Positions 1 through 13,016 of a stretch of 64,000 nucleotides of DNA are shown in pieces (within the stretch, counting starts at the first letter, position 1; every line of letters begins with the position of its first letter). A program made the position numbers and the translations under genes. The stretch is from Leidyana gryllorum EB-2025a (Eukaryota > Protista > Apicomplexa): contig JBLWGC010000208.1 in the NCBI GenBank assembly GCA_048772705.1, forward strand, positions 248,001 to 312,000, in the 5' to 3' direction. The notes under the pieces were generated by a model, which did not search any database, was not told the origin of the DNA, and saw only the letters and a program-made list of their open reading frames with translations.

Positions 1-1
1 T

Positions 2-610
2 CAGACGCTTCCGCGGCCTCAACAGCCAACAACAAACTCGCAGCAGCTTCAGGCTGTGAGGAAGACTCAGACGCTTCAGCGGCTTCGAGAGCCAAGAAAT
101 GAAGACAAGCCTCAACAAGATTCCCGCTCGAGTTTAGACCCTCGAGGCGCTTCCCGTACATCTGTATCAGAAGTTCCGACTCCGACGAGAAGCGAGAACC
201 CACGCAACTCTGACGCCAACTCCCTTTACGGTTCCCTCTCCGCTCCCCCAGTTGCAGCAGCACCCCATCACCACCACGAGCCGATTTATTCCGGATGCTG
301 CGCCGCCCCCCATTCGCAGCTCGCACCCACCTACCTCCATCCGCCTCAATACCCCGCTGTCACCCCTCTCCTTTCCTACACACAGTCCGCTTATGTACCA
401 TTGCCACCCTTTCACCCGCATGGTGTCCCCCACCAGCATGGAAGCTGTTATGCGGCCCACTCACCAGCCACTCGACATCCTAATGGTGGCTGCTCGGTCA
501 CTTACGAAGCCATCCCTGAGAGTCCACCCCCCCGTCGGTCGAAGTCGTCCAAAAAGGGACTTGTGTCGCGAGTCATGTCGGCCATTCGTAATAAACCACC
601 CCGACGATGA
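2..610 (+). CDS. 5'-partial hypothetical low-complexity (Pro/Ser/His/Gln-rich) protein
   Basis: The frame is open from position 2 (QTLPRPQQPTT...) to TGA at 608-610. No recognisable domain. Confidence 0.5.
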   Translation, partial: QTLPRPQQPTTNSQQLQAVRKTQTLQRLREPRNEDKPQQDSRSSLDPRGASRTSVSEVPTPTRSENPRNSDANSLYGSLSAPPVAAAPHHHHEPIYSGCCAAPHSQLAPTYLHPPQYPAVTPLLSYTQSAYVPLPPFHPHGVPHQHGSCYAAHSPATRHPNGGCSVTYEAIPESPPPRRSKSSKKGLVSRVMSAIRNKPPRR

Positions 611-1268
611 GTCGAGTCTGTTACGGGAAACCAGAGTTCCACGCGATGGATCACGAAGAGAAATCCCGTCGAGGCCCCCACACCAGAAGTCCCTGAACCT
701 GAAGTCTCATCAGTCGTCTCACGGTGTGCGAAGTTTCGTCTGAGGGATCTCATTCCGACGTCGCTCGCAGGCTAAGACACTCCGGAGGAACAATTAGGTA
801 GCCTCTGCAATGATGGAAGATATAGGCTCCAAAACATCTCATGTCAAACTTCAAAACGAGTCTCTCTGTGTGAATGTGTAGCAACAAATCCGGCCGCAGG
901 GCTTGCGCCGCCGATAGATTTTTCTCCTTCACACAATGAAGAAGGCGTACTTACCACGGTTCCGAGACGGGTTCGGACGCGACAGGCCGGCCATGTGAGA
1001 AAAGGTCTGTGAGGTGATTAACGCCAGTGCGATGAATTAGTGGAGTGGGAGGTCCAACGGCGTGAGGGCATCACAAGATCATAGGCAGCTTCCTGAGTGA
1101 GTGTACGGTAGATGATGATGAGATAGGGATAGGTTGAGAGCGGGCGGGCGGGACTGTACGCCCCTCGGTCCAGATCCGGGAGAGAATTTGATTGGCACTA
1201 GTAATGATGGAGAAGTTCGCCATAGTCGGAGCGATAACGGAAAAATTACAGGACGCAGGGGAGCAATT

Positions 1269-2525
1269 CTAGTTCTTCTCGGAGAGGAAGGTGACGCCGG
1301 GCAGCTCTTTGCCTTCGAGGAGCTCCAAAGAAGCTCCACCACCAGTGGAGACATGAGAGATCTCGGATGCCTTGCCAGCGTTCTCAACCAAAGAAGCGGT
1401 ATCACCGCCACCAACGATTGAAACTGCACCAGCCTTGGTAGCCTCAATCACAGCGTCCAGGAAAGCAAGGGAGCCCTTGGCGAAGTTGGGGAACTCGAAA
1501 ACACCTTGGGGACCGTTCCAGCAGATGAGCTTGGATGACTTGATCATCTCAGCGGCCTTGGTGCGAGAGGCGGGACCGCAGTCAAGTCCTTGCCAGCCTT
1601 CTTCAATGCCCTCAGCATCAGTGACAGTCTTAAATTTAGCGTCTGGGTTAAAGTCATCAGCGACGATGAAGTCAGACGGGAAGAGCAGCTCAACGTTCTT
1701 GGCCTTGGCCTTCTCGATGAGCTTCGGGACGATCTCAGCACCCTCCTTGTCGAACAAAGAGTTACCGATGGCCATGTTGTCCATCACCTTCTTGAAAGTG
1801 TAGGCCATACCACCGCCGATGATCATCCGATCGACCTTGTCGAGCAAGTTCTCGATGAGCTGGATCTTGTCCTTGACCTTGGCTCCACCGAGGATGGCCA
1901 AGAAGGGACGAGGAGGGTTCTCCAGAGCCTTGCCGAAGTACTCCAGCTCCTTCTGCATCAGCAAACCAGCAGCCTTGACGGGTAATTCAACTCCCACCAT
2001 GGAGCTGTGGGCACGATGAGCGGTACCGAAGGCATCGTTCACAAAGATGTCACCCAATTTGCTCAGAGAAGCGCGGAACGCAGCGGTCGCCTCAGCGGTA
2101 GCCTTGAACGCAGATCCGTCTTCTTTCTTGCCCTTGCCTTCCTCTTCTACGTGGAAACGCAAGTTCTCCAGCAAGATGATGCTGCCCTCAGCGGGACTAG
2201 CGCAGGCCTTCTCAACCTCCTCACCCACACAGTCGCTCAGGAACTGAACATCCCGACCAAGGAACTCCTTGAGAAGGGGGACACAAGGCGAGAGAGAGTA
2301 CTTCTCTTGACGACGACCATCAGGACGACCACAATGAGACATAAGGATAAGAGCCTTGGCACCCTTCTCCATGATCAGCTTAATAGTCGGCAAAGTAGCC
2401 TTGATACGGGTGGCGTCAGTAACGATACCATCTTTCAACGGCACGTTGAAGTCGACACGCATGAGAACACGTTTGCCCTTAACGTCCACATCTTTAACAG
2501 ATACTTTGTTGGAGATCGACACCAT
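1269..2525 (-). CDS. PGK: Phosphoglycerate kinase
   Basis: Motifs [43 protein letters not shown] and [15 protein letters not shown]. The likely ATG is at 2525 (MVSISNK), and the CDS has no intron. Confidence 0.98.
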   Translation of the reverse strand: MVSISNKVSVKDVDVKGKRVLMRVDFNVPLKDGIVTDATRIKATLPTIKLIMEKGAKALILMSHCGRPDGRRQEKYSLSPCVPLLKEFLGRDVQFLSDCVGEEVEKACASPAEGSIILLENLRFHVEEEGKGKKEDGSAFKATAEATAAFRASLSKLGDIFVNDAFGTAHRAHSSMVGVELPVKAAGLLMQKELEYFGKALENPPRPFLAILGGAKVKDKIQLIENLLDKVDRMIIGGGMAYTFKKVMDNMAIGNSLFDKEGAEIVPKLIEKAKAKNVELLFPSDFIVADDFNPDAKFKTVTDAEGIEEGWQGLDCGPASRTKAAEMIKSSKLICWNGPQGVFEFPNFAKGSLAFLDAVIEATKAGAVSIVGGGDTASLVENAGKASEISHVSTGGGASLELLEGKELPGVTFLSEKN

Positions 2526-2699
2526 CTTGACTGAGGACAATGACACAAACGACCTGAATAATAAAAAAAAAGTGACAGTTCAATGTCGCTCGCACACAAA
2601 GTACCAACACCTGTCACACAGTGTGACTCGTGCGAGATAGAGTGTGAAAGTGTGACGTGTCCCAGCCTGGGGTGCGAGACGCGCGATCTATTTTTCAAT

Positions 2700-2723
2700 T
2701 GTGTGTGTGTGTGTGTGTGTGTG
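2700..2723. repeat. (TG)n microsatellite in the divergent intergenic region between PGK and the Gly-rich gene
   Basis: Direct read of about 12 TG units. Confidence 0.9.
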
Positions 2724-2812
2724 AGCTTCGACTGCGAATTATTCTATTCATCAGTAGCGCCTAAGTTTACTACTTTCGACCCCACTCCTTCTTACTACTT
2801 TCGATTGAAAAA

Positions 2813-3040
2813 ATGCACGGCGGTCGCGGCGGCTTCGGAGGTCCAGGCGGTATGGGTGGTGGCCACGGTGGTATGGGTGGCGGACCTGGTGGCCATGGCG
2901 GTATGGGAGGTAGCCACGGTGGTATGGGTGGCGGCCGCGGCGGTATGGGAGGAGGCCACGGCGGTATGGGTGGCGGTCCCGGCGGCCACGGAGGTATGGG
3001 AGGAGGACCTGGAGGCTTTGGAGGCCCCGGGCGTCGTTAA
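2813..3040 (+). CDS. Small Gly-rich protein (75 aa) made of GGHGGMG / GGPG repeats
   Basis: ATG follows an A-rich context (aaaaaATG). Third codon positions vary among the repeats while the peptide repeat is conserved. Confidence 0.7.
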   Translation: MHGGRGGFGGPGGMGGGHGGMGGGPGGHGGMGGSHGGMGGGRGGMGGGHGGMGGGPGGHGGMGGGPGGFGGPGRR

Positions 3041-3509
3041 TTCGAAGGAAGAGTTCCTGTTTGAGGTCGTGGGACGAAGCGAGATGTGGAGGTGTGCCAA
3101 CTTCTATGAGTGACTTTTGCTTTTCATCCCGATGCCTTTGATGAATTTGGTGTGTATGCGTCGTCTAAGCTCCCTGAAATCTTGGGGGTTTTGAATCTAA
3201 CATAATAGCGCATAACACGTTCAGATGATTACAGGAATTGTGTTGAGCTGTACTTGAAAGAACGGTCAAGAAGAAAGAGATCTCAATATCGCTCCGTCTC
3301 CCTCTCGTCATCGGATGTCAGTGGGCTATGTCTGATAGGTCAGTTGACGGAGACCGACGCGAGACACAAATTGAAGTAGTTTAACACTGTCTGTTGCTCA
3401 AATTTTGACCTGACGGGATCAGACTGCTGCGTCGGCCTCGGGGACACATTTGTTGTGGTCATTGATTGGCCTGGGCGGCAATTGTGTTGCTCAGGCAGCC
3501 GTGGGTGGC

Positions 3510-6500
3510 TCATTCATCATCTGCGAGGTCAGTAGTGGCTCTGCACATCGGGACCCGGTCGATCCAATCGGGGCACTGGAAAGCAGGCCCTTGAGCAGTT
3601 TTCGCCGTACTCTCGACGGTGATAACCGTCCAGGGTCTCCTCAACATTGAAGCAACTCGAGCGGCGTACTCCTCGTATTGTAATTCTCTGCGAGAAAGAA
3701 AAATGGACTCCTTCGCTGATGAACGACTTACTGGAGGAATTTGACTTGATGGTGGCGCACATCAAAGGCGTTCCGCTCGAACAGCAGTTCGCGCCTATAA
3801 TGAGACATTTCGGTCCGAAGATTGGTGGGCGGTTCTTGATACTGCAACAGGACAGAGTTTCTGAAATCGGAGAAGTCTTTGGGCGACAGTTGTGGCTCAT
3901 AGCTCAATCCATTCTCGTTCGTTCCCAATACGCGCTCTCGGATGAATCGCAACACCCTTTCCAGCACAGTGGATGCGTGCTTCTCGGACTGAACCAACAA
4001 TCCCACGCCAGTATTGGGGAGAACGGTGGAGAGAACAACGTATCCCAGACTCTCTTCGGTTCGGAGCTCGTCGTACATGATGCGATCCAACCACCGTCTG
4101 GTGATAGCTTCGAGTGTGCGTGTGAATGGCGACATGTCGTCCATCTGCCAAACGACAAAGACAGCGCTGTTCAAGGCGTCGGAAGTAGACGGCTCCGTCG
4201 AGATGTGGAATATTGTCTGTTGAGAGGCATCATCGGCATCCTGCTTGAGACTGGAGATATCCACAGGATAAACCAACGGCAGTCTCTGCTCCCTCGCAAT
4301 GGGATTGTAAAAAGGTCCCAGAACTTCTTTGCTCATGTACTTGGAGGTTGCGTCCTCGCGAGTGACATTACCAATGATGATCGACTTAATCTGGGCGCCT
4401 TGGATGAACTCCTCAGAAAGTTCTTCACCGTCTGGACTGCCGCACAGGAGATCGCGTACCTTTGGCACATCGAGAGCCGCCAACGCGTCGAGGACGTCGT
4501 CCTCCACCACATAGTCGGGATACCACACTCCATACAGAATGGGGAAAAGGTCGTCCAACGGCCTCCGTTGAGTGATTCTCTCTTTGATGGCGTCACTGTA
4601 GCGTTGCAGTGCCAAAATGATGTGCTCATCTCGCACTTTCCATTCACTGAGGTGCCGCATCATAATAGCGAACAGCTGAGGCGCCTTGTCAGACAAACCA
4701 CTGATGGCTATCTCGACTCCGGGCTCTCCCATACGATGGGTCTCGGCAGACGTCATACTGATACTACCCCTCAGCTCCGCTTCGATTGCGCATTGAAGAT
4801 CCTCATTTGCGGCCTCGAGCGCACTGTTGATGTAAACTCCCATAACAGCCACCTTCTCGACGTCGAGCATAGCCGACAGCACACCCGTCACAAGGGAGGG
4901 GAACCGTATGAACGCGCGGAGTTCTATCAGCGGCACATTGAAGACTGTCTCGAGTTTGTGAATCCACATAGGATCAGCGTCCAGCGGGGTGGGGAGGTCG
5001 TCCACGGTCGTGGCGATCGGCACTACGTCGAGCGACTCAGGTATGTAGGGATTGGGCCGAGGCAAATAAAGGTCCCACTCCTTCAATTGTCGCTTGAGGT
5101 CCCTCCACGGCATCTCCATCACATTTTTCCACTCTTTCATCCAAGCGGCGGGGACATTATCGACATTGTATCTTGTGCCAAAATGGTCGGCGATCTTAGG
5201 ACAGTCGTTTGCCGTAAACCCGACCGTTGAGGCAAAGATAAGTAGACTATCTAAGGTGAGACTTTTCAGCAACTCCACAACGGATCTATGATTAGTTTCA
5301 TAGTCCTCTTCAATTAGAACGTTTCCTGCCGTAAAGACTTCCTCGAGAGGGAAAGACGTCATTTGCAAATTGCAGCTCTCAATGAGCTCCGTAACTTCCC
5401 GAGTACTCTGATTATCCCATCGGACTTCGGCAGATCGGATCTTCTCTTTCACAAGAACGTCCGGAGGTCCTTCTTCCAGACAGAGTCGCAGATAGGCGAA
5501 TATCGCCTTTCCGGCTAATTTGATAATGTCCTCCGTAATCTCTGGCTTCACCAACTCCACTGAGACGTACAGTCGAGTGGCACCCACATCGGAATTCTTC
5601 AGACCCGCACACAGCCCGCTGGCAATCCCCGTCTTCTTGAAGTAAGCTGTCAGCGAGCCTGCATCTTCTTGACCGAGCAGTCCAGTGATGGCAAAGTGCG
5701 GCATTGATCTGTAGGTGTCCCGCACATCCTCAACGACAAACTCGAAGGACAATTCCTTTGTGCCTTCGCTAACGGGGATTACCTTCACGTATTTGTTCAG
5801 ATCCTCGGGACGATAAAGAGGTTCAGGATGACCAAACATTTTGCCGATAGGTCTCTCGGGACAGTTGCCAGAGCTCGGCTGAATTGTCAGTAGATGCGTC
5901 TCAAGAGTTTCGTACATCTCCGCCACGGGAAGATTGGAAACAGCCACGACGGACATCCGTTCAGGTTTGTAGTACGTCTGGTGGAACCTTCGCAATGCTT
6001 CTCCGACTCCCGGTTTGTTGAGAGTCGCGACATTTCCAATGGTGAAAATGTTCGAAGGATGACGGGGATTAGCCAGGACCCTCTCCAGATCGTCCCTTCT
6101 CCAGGCATCGTTCTTGTAGCGCATCTCGGCTTCCGAGTTCACGACATCAATGGTCTTCTCCAGATATTCTGGATTAAGCTCAGGAGCTCTGACAAAGTCA
6201 ACAATGCGCTCCGCAACTTCATACAACCTATCAGCTCCTACGGTGGCCCAGTAATGTGTAGCCCGAGGATGTGTCGACGCATTAGTCGCACTTCCATACG
6301 TATCAACGAAGGCTTGCCAGCTGTGTGGCCCAGGAAACTTCTCTGAGCCCAACAGCACCATGTGCTCCAGCAAGTGGGGAAGCCCTTCGTACTCTTTGTC
6401 GGAGTCATAAGCTCCGAACCCCACTGCCAAACCGAACCCCGACACAAGTACATCCTTTGATGACATAACGAGGACTTTGACACCATTTTTCAGTTGTCTG

Positions 6501-6583
6501 GCCAACACATCATACTTAGCCAAAGATCGAGGGATCTTCAAGTCCGCTTGACTCAAGACACCTTTCGGTAGGGTGGCGACCAT
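3510..6583 (-). CDS. Insulysin-like M16A zinc metallopeptidase (2 exons)
   Basis: Inverted zinc motif GLPHLLEHMVLLGSEKFP, plus NASTHP, VVNSE and ELRTEESLGY. A 44-nt GT-AG intron at 3688-3731 extends the frame to ...TDLADDE* ending at 3510. Confidence 0.92.
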
Positions 6584-6656
6584 GTGCAATGTGAATAAGT
6601 ACAAGAAAAAAAAAGAATTGACCAGACTCATCGTGTCTCTCTCTGTGTTTGTCACA

Positions 6657-8229
6657 CTAATGACGGGGTAGATAGTAGTGTGGTGGTGGGGGTGGGGCAG
6701 CAGGATTCTTGTGGTGGAATTGAGGGAACTGCTCCGGGGACCTGTACATATATACTGATGCTGCCACCATCAAGGCCACCATCAATAACTGGACCTCTAT
6801 GTCGTAACAACTCATGAAGACACAACTGCACACACGATGACACTCACTGCTCAGACGACGGCTGAAGTACAGCGCATCAGCGAAGTATGCGGCCCCGATC
6901 AACAGCAACTTGTCCACAACTGCCAATTGTAGAGCCCCCCCGAATTCACTGTTGGTCGTAGGCGATTGGGTAATATTTATGTCACTTAGGTCGCAGGCTC
7001 TTACATGGTGTAATCGTTAGCATCGGTCGAACACTCCCGAACAACTCCGCTCCAGTCCTGTCACCAATGAACAACAAGTTTACACTCGACACAGCTCACG
7101 TTAGTGATGCATCCAATCGGTTCGTCGCGTAGAGTTCGGATTGTGAAAGGCACACTCGAACAGGCTGAGACAGAGATTGAGAAAAGGCAGACTTGTAGAT
7201 AGCGGGACTCACGTCCGAAGGGAAGTTTCGTCAGTGCCATTCCCGGAGAGAGCTTTGATCCCTCGAGAATGTATCTTTCTCTCAACTGAATTTGCAGAGT
7301 GTCGTTTGGACAGTTGAGCATTGACACCAACGTACATTGTCACTGATCGTCATTTTGATTTTGAGACATCCAAATGCTGAGTGTATGTTGCCGACTCGCT
7401 TTCCCCGAGCGTCCGTGAGGTACATTGTCGATCTGAGGAGGGGTGCGCTGCGCAAATCGGACAGTCAGTCCTACCCGCAGCAGGATTTCTCGAAGCGACC
7501 AATTACAGTGGCTTCGCCATGTCGAGTAATTGACCGCAGTTCCGCCGTGGAGCCGCGAATGGCAGCACTACAGGGAGTGTTTGAGTTGAGTGCGCACGGC
7601 CTGAGGAGACTCACGGACAGCAGTTGCGGGCGATATAACCCACGTCTTCAGTGGTATAGAATATGGGGCCTCGTGAAGGGTCCAGGACCTCGAACTGTTT
7701 GGCACTTCCTCTGTTTAGCAGTTCAGCGAAAGCCTCGGCAATATTATTGCCTCTCTGCTCAATGAGTTGAACTGCTCTGGCGGCTGTGAGAGAGATGTGG
7801 TCCCTTGTGTGAGTTTATCGCGGTCATAGCAGTACCTTCGAGAGCAGGCAGTTCGAAATAGGAACCGTTAGAACCCATCAGCTTCTGCGGGCGACTCATC
7901 AGCGGCTCCTGTTCTCCCCCGTGATAGTCTCCACTGGCGTAGTTCCCCGACTGTTGTCCGTAGCCTTGATAGTCGTACGCACTGCCGCCGTGGCCGCCAC
8001 TCTGTTGGACATAGGCACCGGCGTAGCTGTCCCACACGGGTTGCGGAGGGGGACGAGGCGGCGAGGGCCTGTTGGGTCCGCCCGGATATATTGTCTCGGT
8101 GAGATTGACGGTCGAGACTGCTGCTGAGCCGCCAGCACGGTCCGAAGAGCGATATGGGACATTAGGTCCGGGGGCTAAAGTGGCTGTGAGGTTGAAAGCG
8201 TCATCGTTATCGTCTCGGTAGAGCCGCAT
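6657..8229 (-). CDS. Phospholipid scramblase (PLSCR / tubby-like fold), about 8 exons
   Basis: Manual splicing of GT-AG introns gives a Pro/Gly/Tyr-rich N-terminus, then YTTEDVGYIARNCCP ... IGCITNDWSGVVRECSTDANDYTIEFGGALQLAVVDKLLLIGAAYFADALYF. This matches the PLSCR C-terminal signature (WSG..E..TDAD.F...K..LLGA...D..YF). Confidence 0.85.
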
Positions 8230-8330
8230 CTGATAATCGCCCGTGTATGGTATTGGCTAAATAAGAGTTGTATTGTCGTTACGCACAAGTACGTGGACCT
8301 ACATCGGGCAACTTGTAGGCCATAGCTGCA

Positions 8331-10532
8331 ATGAAGCCCTTTCCTGATGACAAATTGGACCCTTCCCCCTCAATGACCCAGCCCAGTACGACCTCTCTGC
8401 TAAGAACACAGCGTGCCTCTTTGAAAATAATTCCTTCCCAATGTCCTCCGGCCGAGCACGACGACGGAACATCAACCAGGCAGAGTAACTCGGAGAGCTC
8501 AGGACACGAAGAACGACGAGTTCTCGAAATGCGCTCACAGATTCGCGCTGAACTCGCGCAGCCTCGCCAACGGCTTTCCTATCCTCCGCCCACAGAGCCA
8601 GTACCCAGCCCACCCAAACGACGGGTAGGGAAGGTTAGATACTGCTTTGGAGGACGATTCCTCTTCGGGCCTGACATGCGTCTGGCTTCGGTCGCCATAC
8701 TGATGATAGTGATCCCTTCCATCATCTATGATGGATGGAGTCTCCCTGTGAGCACCTGCCTGAATTATCGCTCGATATTGACTCCCTCTCAGTGGATGGT
8801 CAACCACTGGAAAGGCGGTTGGGTTCTGGCACTCTTTGCTGGGGTCCTGGAAGTCGTTGTACTCGGCCTGTTCCTGCGCACAGCCCTATCCGACCCGGGA
8901 ATAGTCCCAAGGGAGGCCGATCTTAGCGGCGCGGGCACTGGTGGGTGGTACGATCAGGTGAGCCTCCGCCGCCCTTTCGTTGCTAACGCCCCCCGCAGAT
9001 CCTCCCTCGCAATCCCCCAAAGCACCAAGACGTCGTCATACATGGTCACTTATTCAAAATGAAGTATTGTCTTAGCTGTGAGTCCCCGAACGACTGCTAC
9101 GACCAATCTTCTTCCCCCCAATTGACGTGACCTCCTCCATCCCGCGTCTCCACACGTGTGTGTGCGTGTGTGTGTTCAAGTTCAAGTCGACACGGCGCTC
9201 TGTAGGTAAATTCTACCGGCCTCCCCGGTGCGTTCACTGTTCAACTTGTGATAACTGTGTCGATAAGTTCGACCATCATTGCCCGTGGGTGGGGAATTGT
9301 GTTGGAAGACGCAATTACAGGTGAGTGCTGCGGGTGATAGTTTCGTCTTGGTACCACATTCTCTCTCCCTGTTGTGGCAGATCCTTCATACTTTTCATTT
9401 CCACAACCTCAATCTTCATTCTACTGGTTCTAAGCACGAGTCCGATAAAGTTTACACAGTGTTTCCAAGACCGCCATAAACAGGTGCGAGACGGTAGAGT
9501 TGTGTGCACCACTACTGAGTTGCCCGACAGAGCTTGGATGAGAATGGGGACGGTGAAGGCATGAGAACTGTGTGGCTTACCGCCTGGGATTCTGTGGTTC
9601 TCACATTGTTCTGTATCGGCATTCTGTGGTTCGTCTTAGGTCTCGCAGGTTATCATTTCTTCCTGGTAAGAGGGCTGGCTGTGGCGAGGACTAACCAAAT
9701 AATAATCAACCCATCCTTCGCGCGCGCAGATTACATCTAACCAGACCACGTACGAACAAATCAAAGGCTTTTACGAAGAGAAGATGAACCCATGGGATAG
9801 GTGAGTGAACGATTCGTGGAGTATCGACGAACACACACACACACTTCCGGCGGCAGGGGGCTTCGACGTAATTTGCGCGAGCTCCTTTGTAGACGCAGGA
9901 GACCCAAATTCACATTCCGCCCCAGAGGATCGATAATTTACGCTGACATGGCTCCAATATCGGCGTGTCCCAGCAGTGGAAGAGTGGAGAGTGGAGGAAT
10001 AGTTAGACGAAGCATTCAACTCCGACAGCAAGCTGCGGGAAGCGAGCTGGCTCGATCGTTGTCCTTGAAGAGCACTCACACCCCTGATCGCCAAAGCACA
10101 AATCCTCAACTGCCTCCCAGACTGCGAGGCGCTGTCTATCACGCCGCAGAACGGCCGAGCTCCGTTGGCAGTTTCGTTTCTGCTGACACTCCCGTTCGTG
10201 AGACAAACGAGCAGGAAACGCAAGAGGAGCCCCCTACTGCAACCCCAGGCTCCCAGAACTGTGCGGGATGCGGCGCTATCGACGGCGATTGCGTTTGTAC
10301 GAGACGATTAGTGGCCAACGACATTTTTTACCGAAGGCGATCAAATACAGAGGATGTGGTCATCGGGAAGTCGTGTGTCGAGACTGAGCCTGGTTGTGTG
10401 TTCGCGGAGCTTGACCGCCCGAGCTCCAGGGATGCAACCATTTTGAGTTGGCTGCGTAAAGCAGGGGAGTTCGGCCGGTTAATGAGCAAAACAGACTTGG
10501 GCCGCTGGACCTGTGTGCTTCCCGAAGACTGA
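8331..10532 (+). CDS. DHHC-type palmitoyltransferase (Erf2/ZDHHC9-like), multi-exon
   Basis: Motifs [52 protein letters not shown] and NQTTYEQIK, with transmembrane segments. Confidence 0.93.
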
Positions 10533-10587
10533 GATCAATCCACAAAAACCAGCTGAGGCTTAACCTCAGTCTGTTGCTCACTTAAAA

Positions 10588-12806
10588 CTACGCACGAAGA
10601 GGTCGCCGGCTCAATACGGGTCCGGGGGCCCGGAAGAAGGATTGGTGGTTAGCGTACGCAGACGGAGAGGAGCTAGTGGCTGTGGCCGAGAGATTGGGAT
10701 GGGTGGGGGCGAAAGGAACAGCAGGTGGGGAGGCCAGGGCCGCTGCTGAGGCACTCCAGACTGCAGGACGTTGTGGATACGCGGAAGTGTACGCCAAGAC
10801 ACCCGAAGGCTGACCAATCAGTCCTTGATGGGGTCCAGCTCGAGTTGCTGCCACTGGCGAGAGCAGTAGATGGGAGGGATAAGGAGGCGGCGAATATGGC
10901 GACATACTGGGCATGTACGGAGCTTGTGGCGCCGGCTGTTCACGAGCCGTCTGCTTCCACGGAAAATAAGAACCGTTGCCGGCCCAGGGGTCGCTGGCTG
11001 GATTCTCCAAACTCTCCTCATTCCCCTCAGTTGGTGTTTGCTGCCAATCCAAGGGGTCGTCGAGGGCAAAGTCCTGTCTGGAATCTCCAGGCCCACCAGA
11101 CCTCTTGAGCGAGACCTTCAGCCTCTTGATGCCCACTGACACACCATTCAACTCTGCCACCGCATCTCGTGCCGATTGGGTCTTGTCAAATGTAACGAAG
11201 CCGAAACCACGGCTTCTTCCGCGGGGGTCCCGCTGCACGGTCGCGGATAATACGCGCCCACAGTGGCTGAAAAACTGCAGCAAGTGTGTAGAGATTGCAG
11301 TGTGTGTGGATGTGTGTGTGCTCTGATGGAGACGCGGTGCATTCGAAGATCATATGTTGGTGCTCGAGAGAGCTACTCGGCGTAATTATGTGCATCGAAC
11401 ATCACTGATCGGAATCAAGGGCACACTGACAATCCTTTCCCCATTTTCCCAGTTCCCAGTGCTGTACGTACAATCGATCCACAACTATACACAAGACGGC
11501 GTCCGCATCGAGAGAGATTAAGTGCAGTGTATGGGACGGGGCGGTGCGGGATTTAGATCGGAGATGTCGAAGCTAATTACCTGTTTAAGAACGGAGTCTG
11601 TCCAGTCATTTGGGAGATGGAAGACGAAAACCGTGCAGTCGGGGCGCGGATGGGGGCCGTTCCCGACTTGTTTAGGCTGTACTTTCAGCCGTTTGTTACA
11701 TACTTCCAGTCCATTCAAGTGTAATATGGCCATTGCGGCAGCCCGAGGGTCCATGTAGGTGACAAAACCATATCCACGCGAGGTTCCGTCCTCTTTTCGT
11801 GACACTTTCGCAGCCACTACCGGGCCGAACGGCAAAAACTTGTCTCGCAAATCCTTGTCATCCCAATGGGGTGGTAAATGGAAGACGAAAAGTGAGCAGT
11901 CGCGATCACGGTCAAAAGCTTCGTTGTGTTCGGACATGCGTAACAGTTTCTGGACCTGGAGATGTAGACATTCTTCAGGGGTCTTTTTGAGGGAAACCTT
12001 CAGCCTCTTCCCTCCCACTGAGTATCCATTCATTCGTTCCACGGCAGCAATTGCAGCATCGCGCATGTCGTAACACACAAACCCATAACCTTTGCTGGAC
12101 CCATCGGGTCGCTTCACGACCTTCGCACTCAATATATTACCGAAAGGGCCGAACGCCTGTAGATCGAATCAAACTTGATATAAAGGAGGATCTTGCGTGT
12201 AAATGCAATACCAAAACACCGTAGATTGGAAGAGAGAAGGAGACTAAGTACACATTTCATTTCATTTCATGAAAGATAGAAGACACTATGAGAGGCCGCA
12301 GATAGCGTCTCGATGAGCACGAGCGACCCGGGGCGGAAGCGACTCCACGTTCGTAGGAAGCATCGAATGGACACATCAGATTGAGTCAAAGTTGAATGTA
12401 TGCGACACACCGCGTGAGCCCAGGATATACCCACCTGTTTTATATCAGCTTCGCGCCACTCAGAAGGAAGATGAAATATGAATAAGTTTTGGTCGCAGAG
12501 TTGGCGGCGCAAATCGAGGGCTGGTTGTGAATGTGTGGCTTCAGAAGGGATATCGGCAGGATCGGACGTGGTCCCGGGAGAAGTGGCCGCGCCATGGGGC
12601 GGGGTGGCTTGCGGGCCGGAATAACTAGGCGATGCTCCGAAGGAGGTAGCATCATCACTTAGGTCCACATTTTTGCCGGAGTCGTAGTATCTGGAGGCAC
12701 CGGAGGGGTCGCCGCCCGCATCGGCAGAGTTAGGCACGACAAAGTCGGCAGTCGCTCGAGCCGCGGGTGGGATCAATAGTCCTGCTCGGTGGGGTCGGTG
12801 CATCAT
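10588..12806 (-). CDS. RNA-binding protein with three RRMs of the CELF/Bruno RRM3 type (3 exons)
   Basis: RNP2-like NLFIFHLP / SLFVFHLP / TVFVFHLP and RNP1 KGYGFV / RGYGFV / RGFGFV, each domain ending in KRLKV. Introns at about 12157-12434 and 11275-11580. Confidence 0.88.
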
Positions 12807-13016
12807 GGTAGAAAGAAGAAGAGGAGCGTGTGTTGAAAGAGCGAGGGTAGTGGCCACAGTTGTATACAGGATGGGAAGGGAAGCGAACGAGCAACGACTA
12901 GTCTAATCAGCAGGAATAGGCATGTACAGGTAGCGAATTCCTATCAACAGAGACACTTCATTGCCACCTTCAACCTCGCCCTAGGGCTTCAAAAACAAAC
13001 TAATCTAAACCAAACC

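Noticed and set aside
750-1080. Possible small spliced gene on the - strand (GTAAG donor near 954)
   Set aside because: I could not build a convincing ATG-to-stop model or recognise a product.
2813-3040. 21-nt periodic repeats as a CRISPR-like array
   Set aside because: There are no unique spacers, the repeats are in-frame coding repeats, and the context is eukaryotic.
3647-5230. 527-aa ORF on the + strand
   Set aside because: Antisense shadow of the insulysin CDS with no motifs of its own. The same applies to the many ORFs opposite PGK, CCT2 and Dcu.
7337-7765. 142-aa ORF on the + strand
   Set aside because: It lies antisense to scramblase exons.
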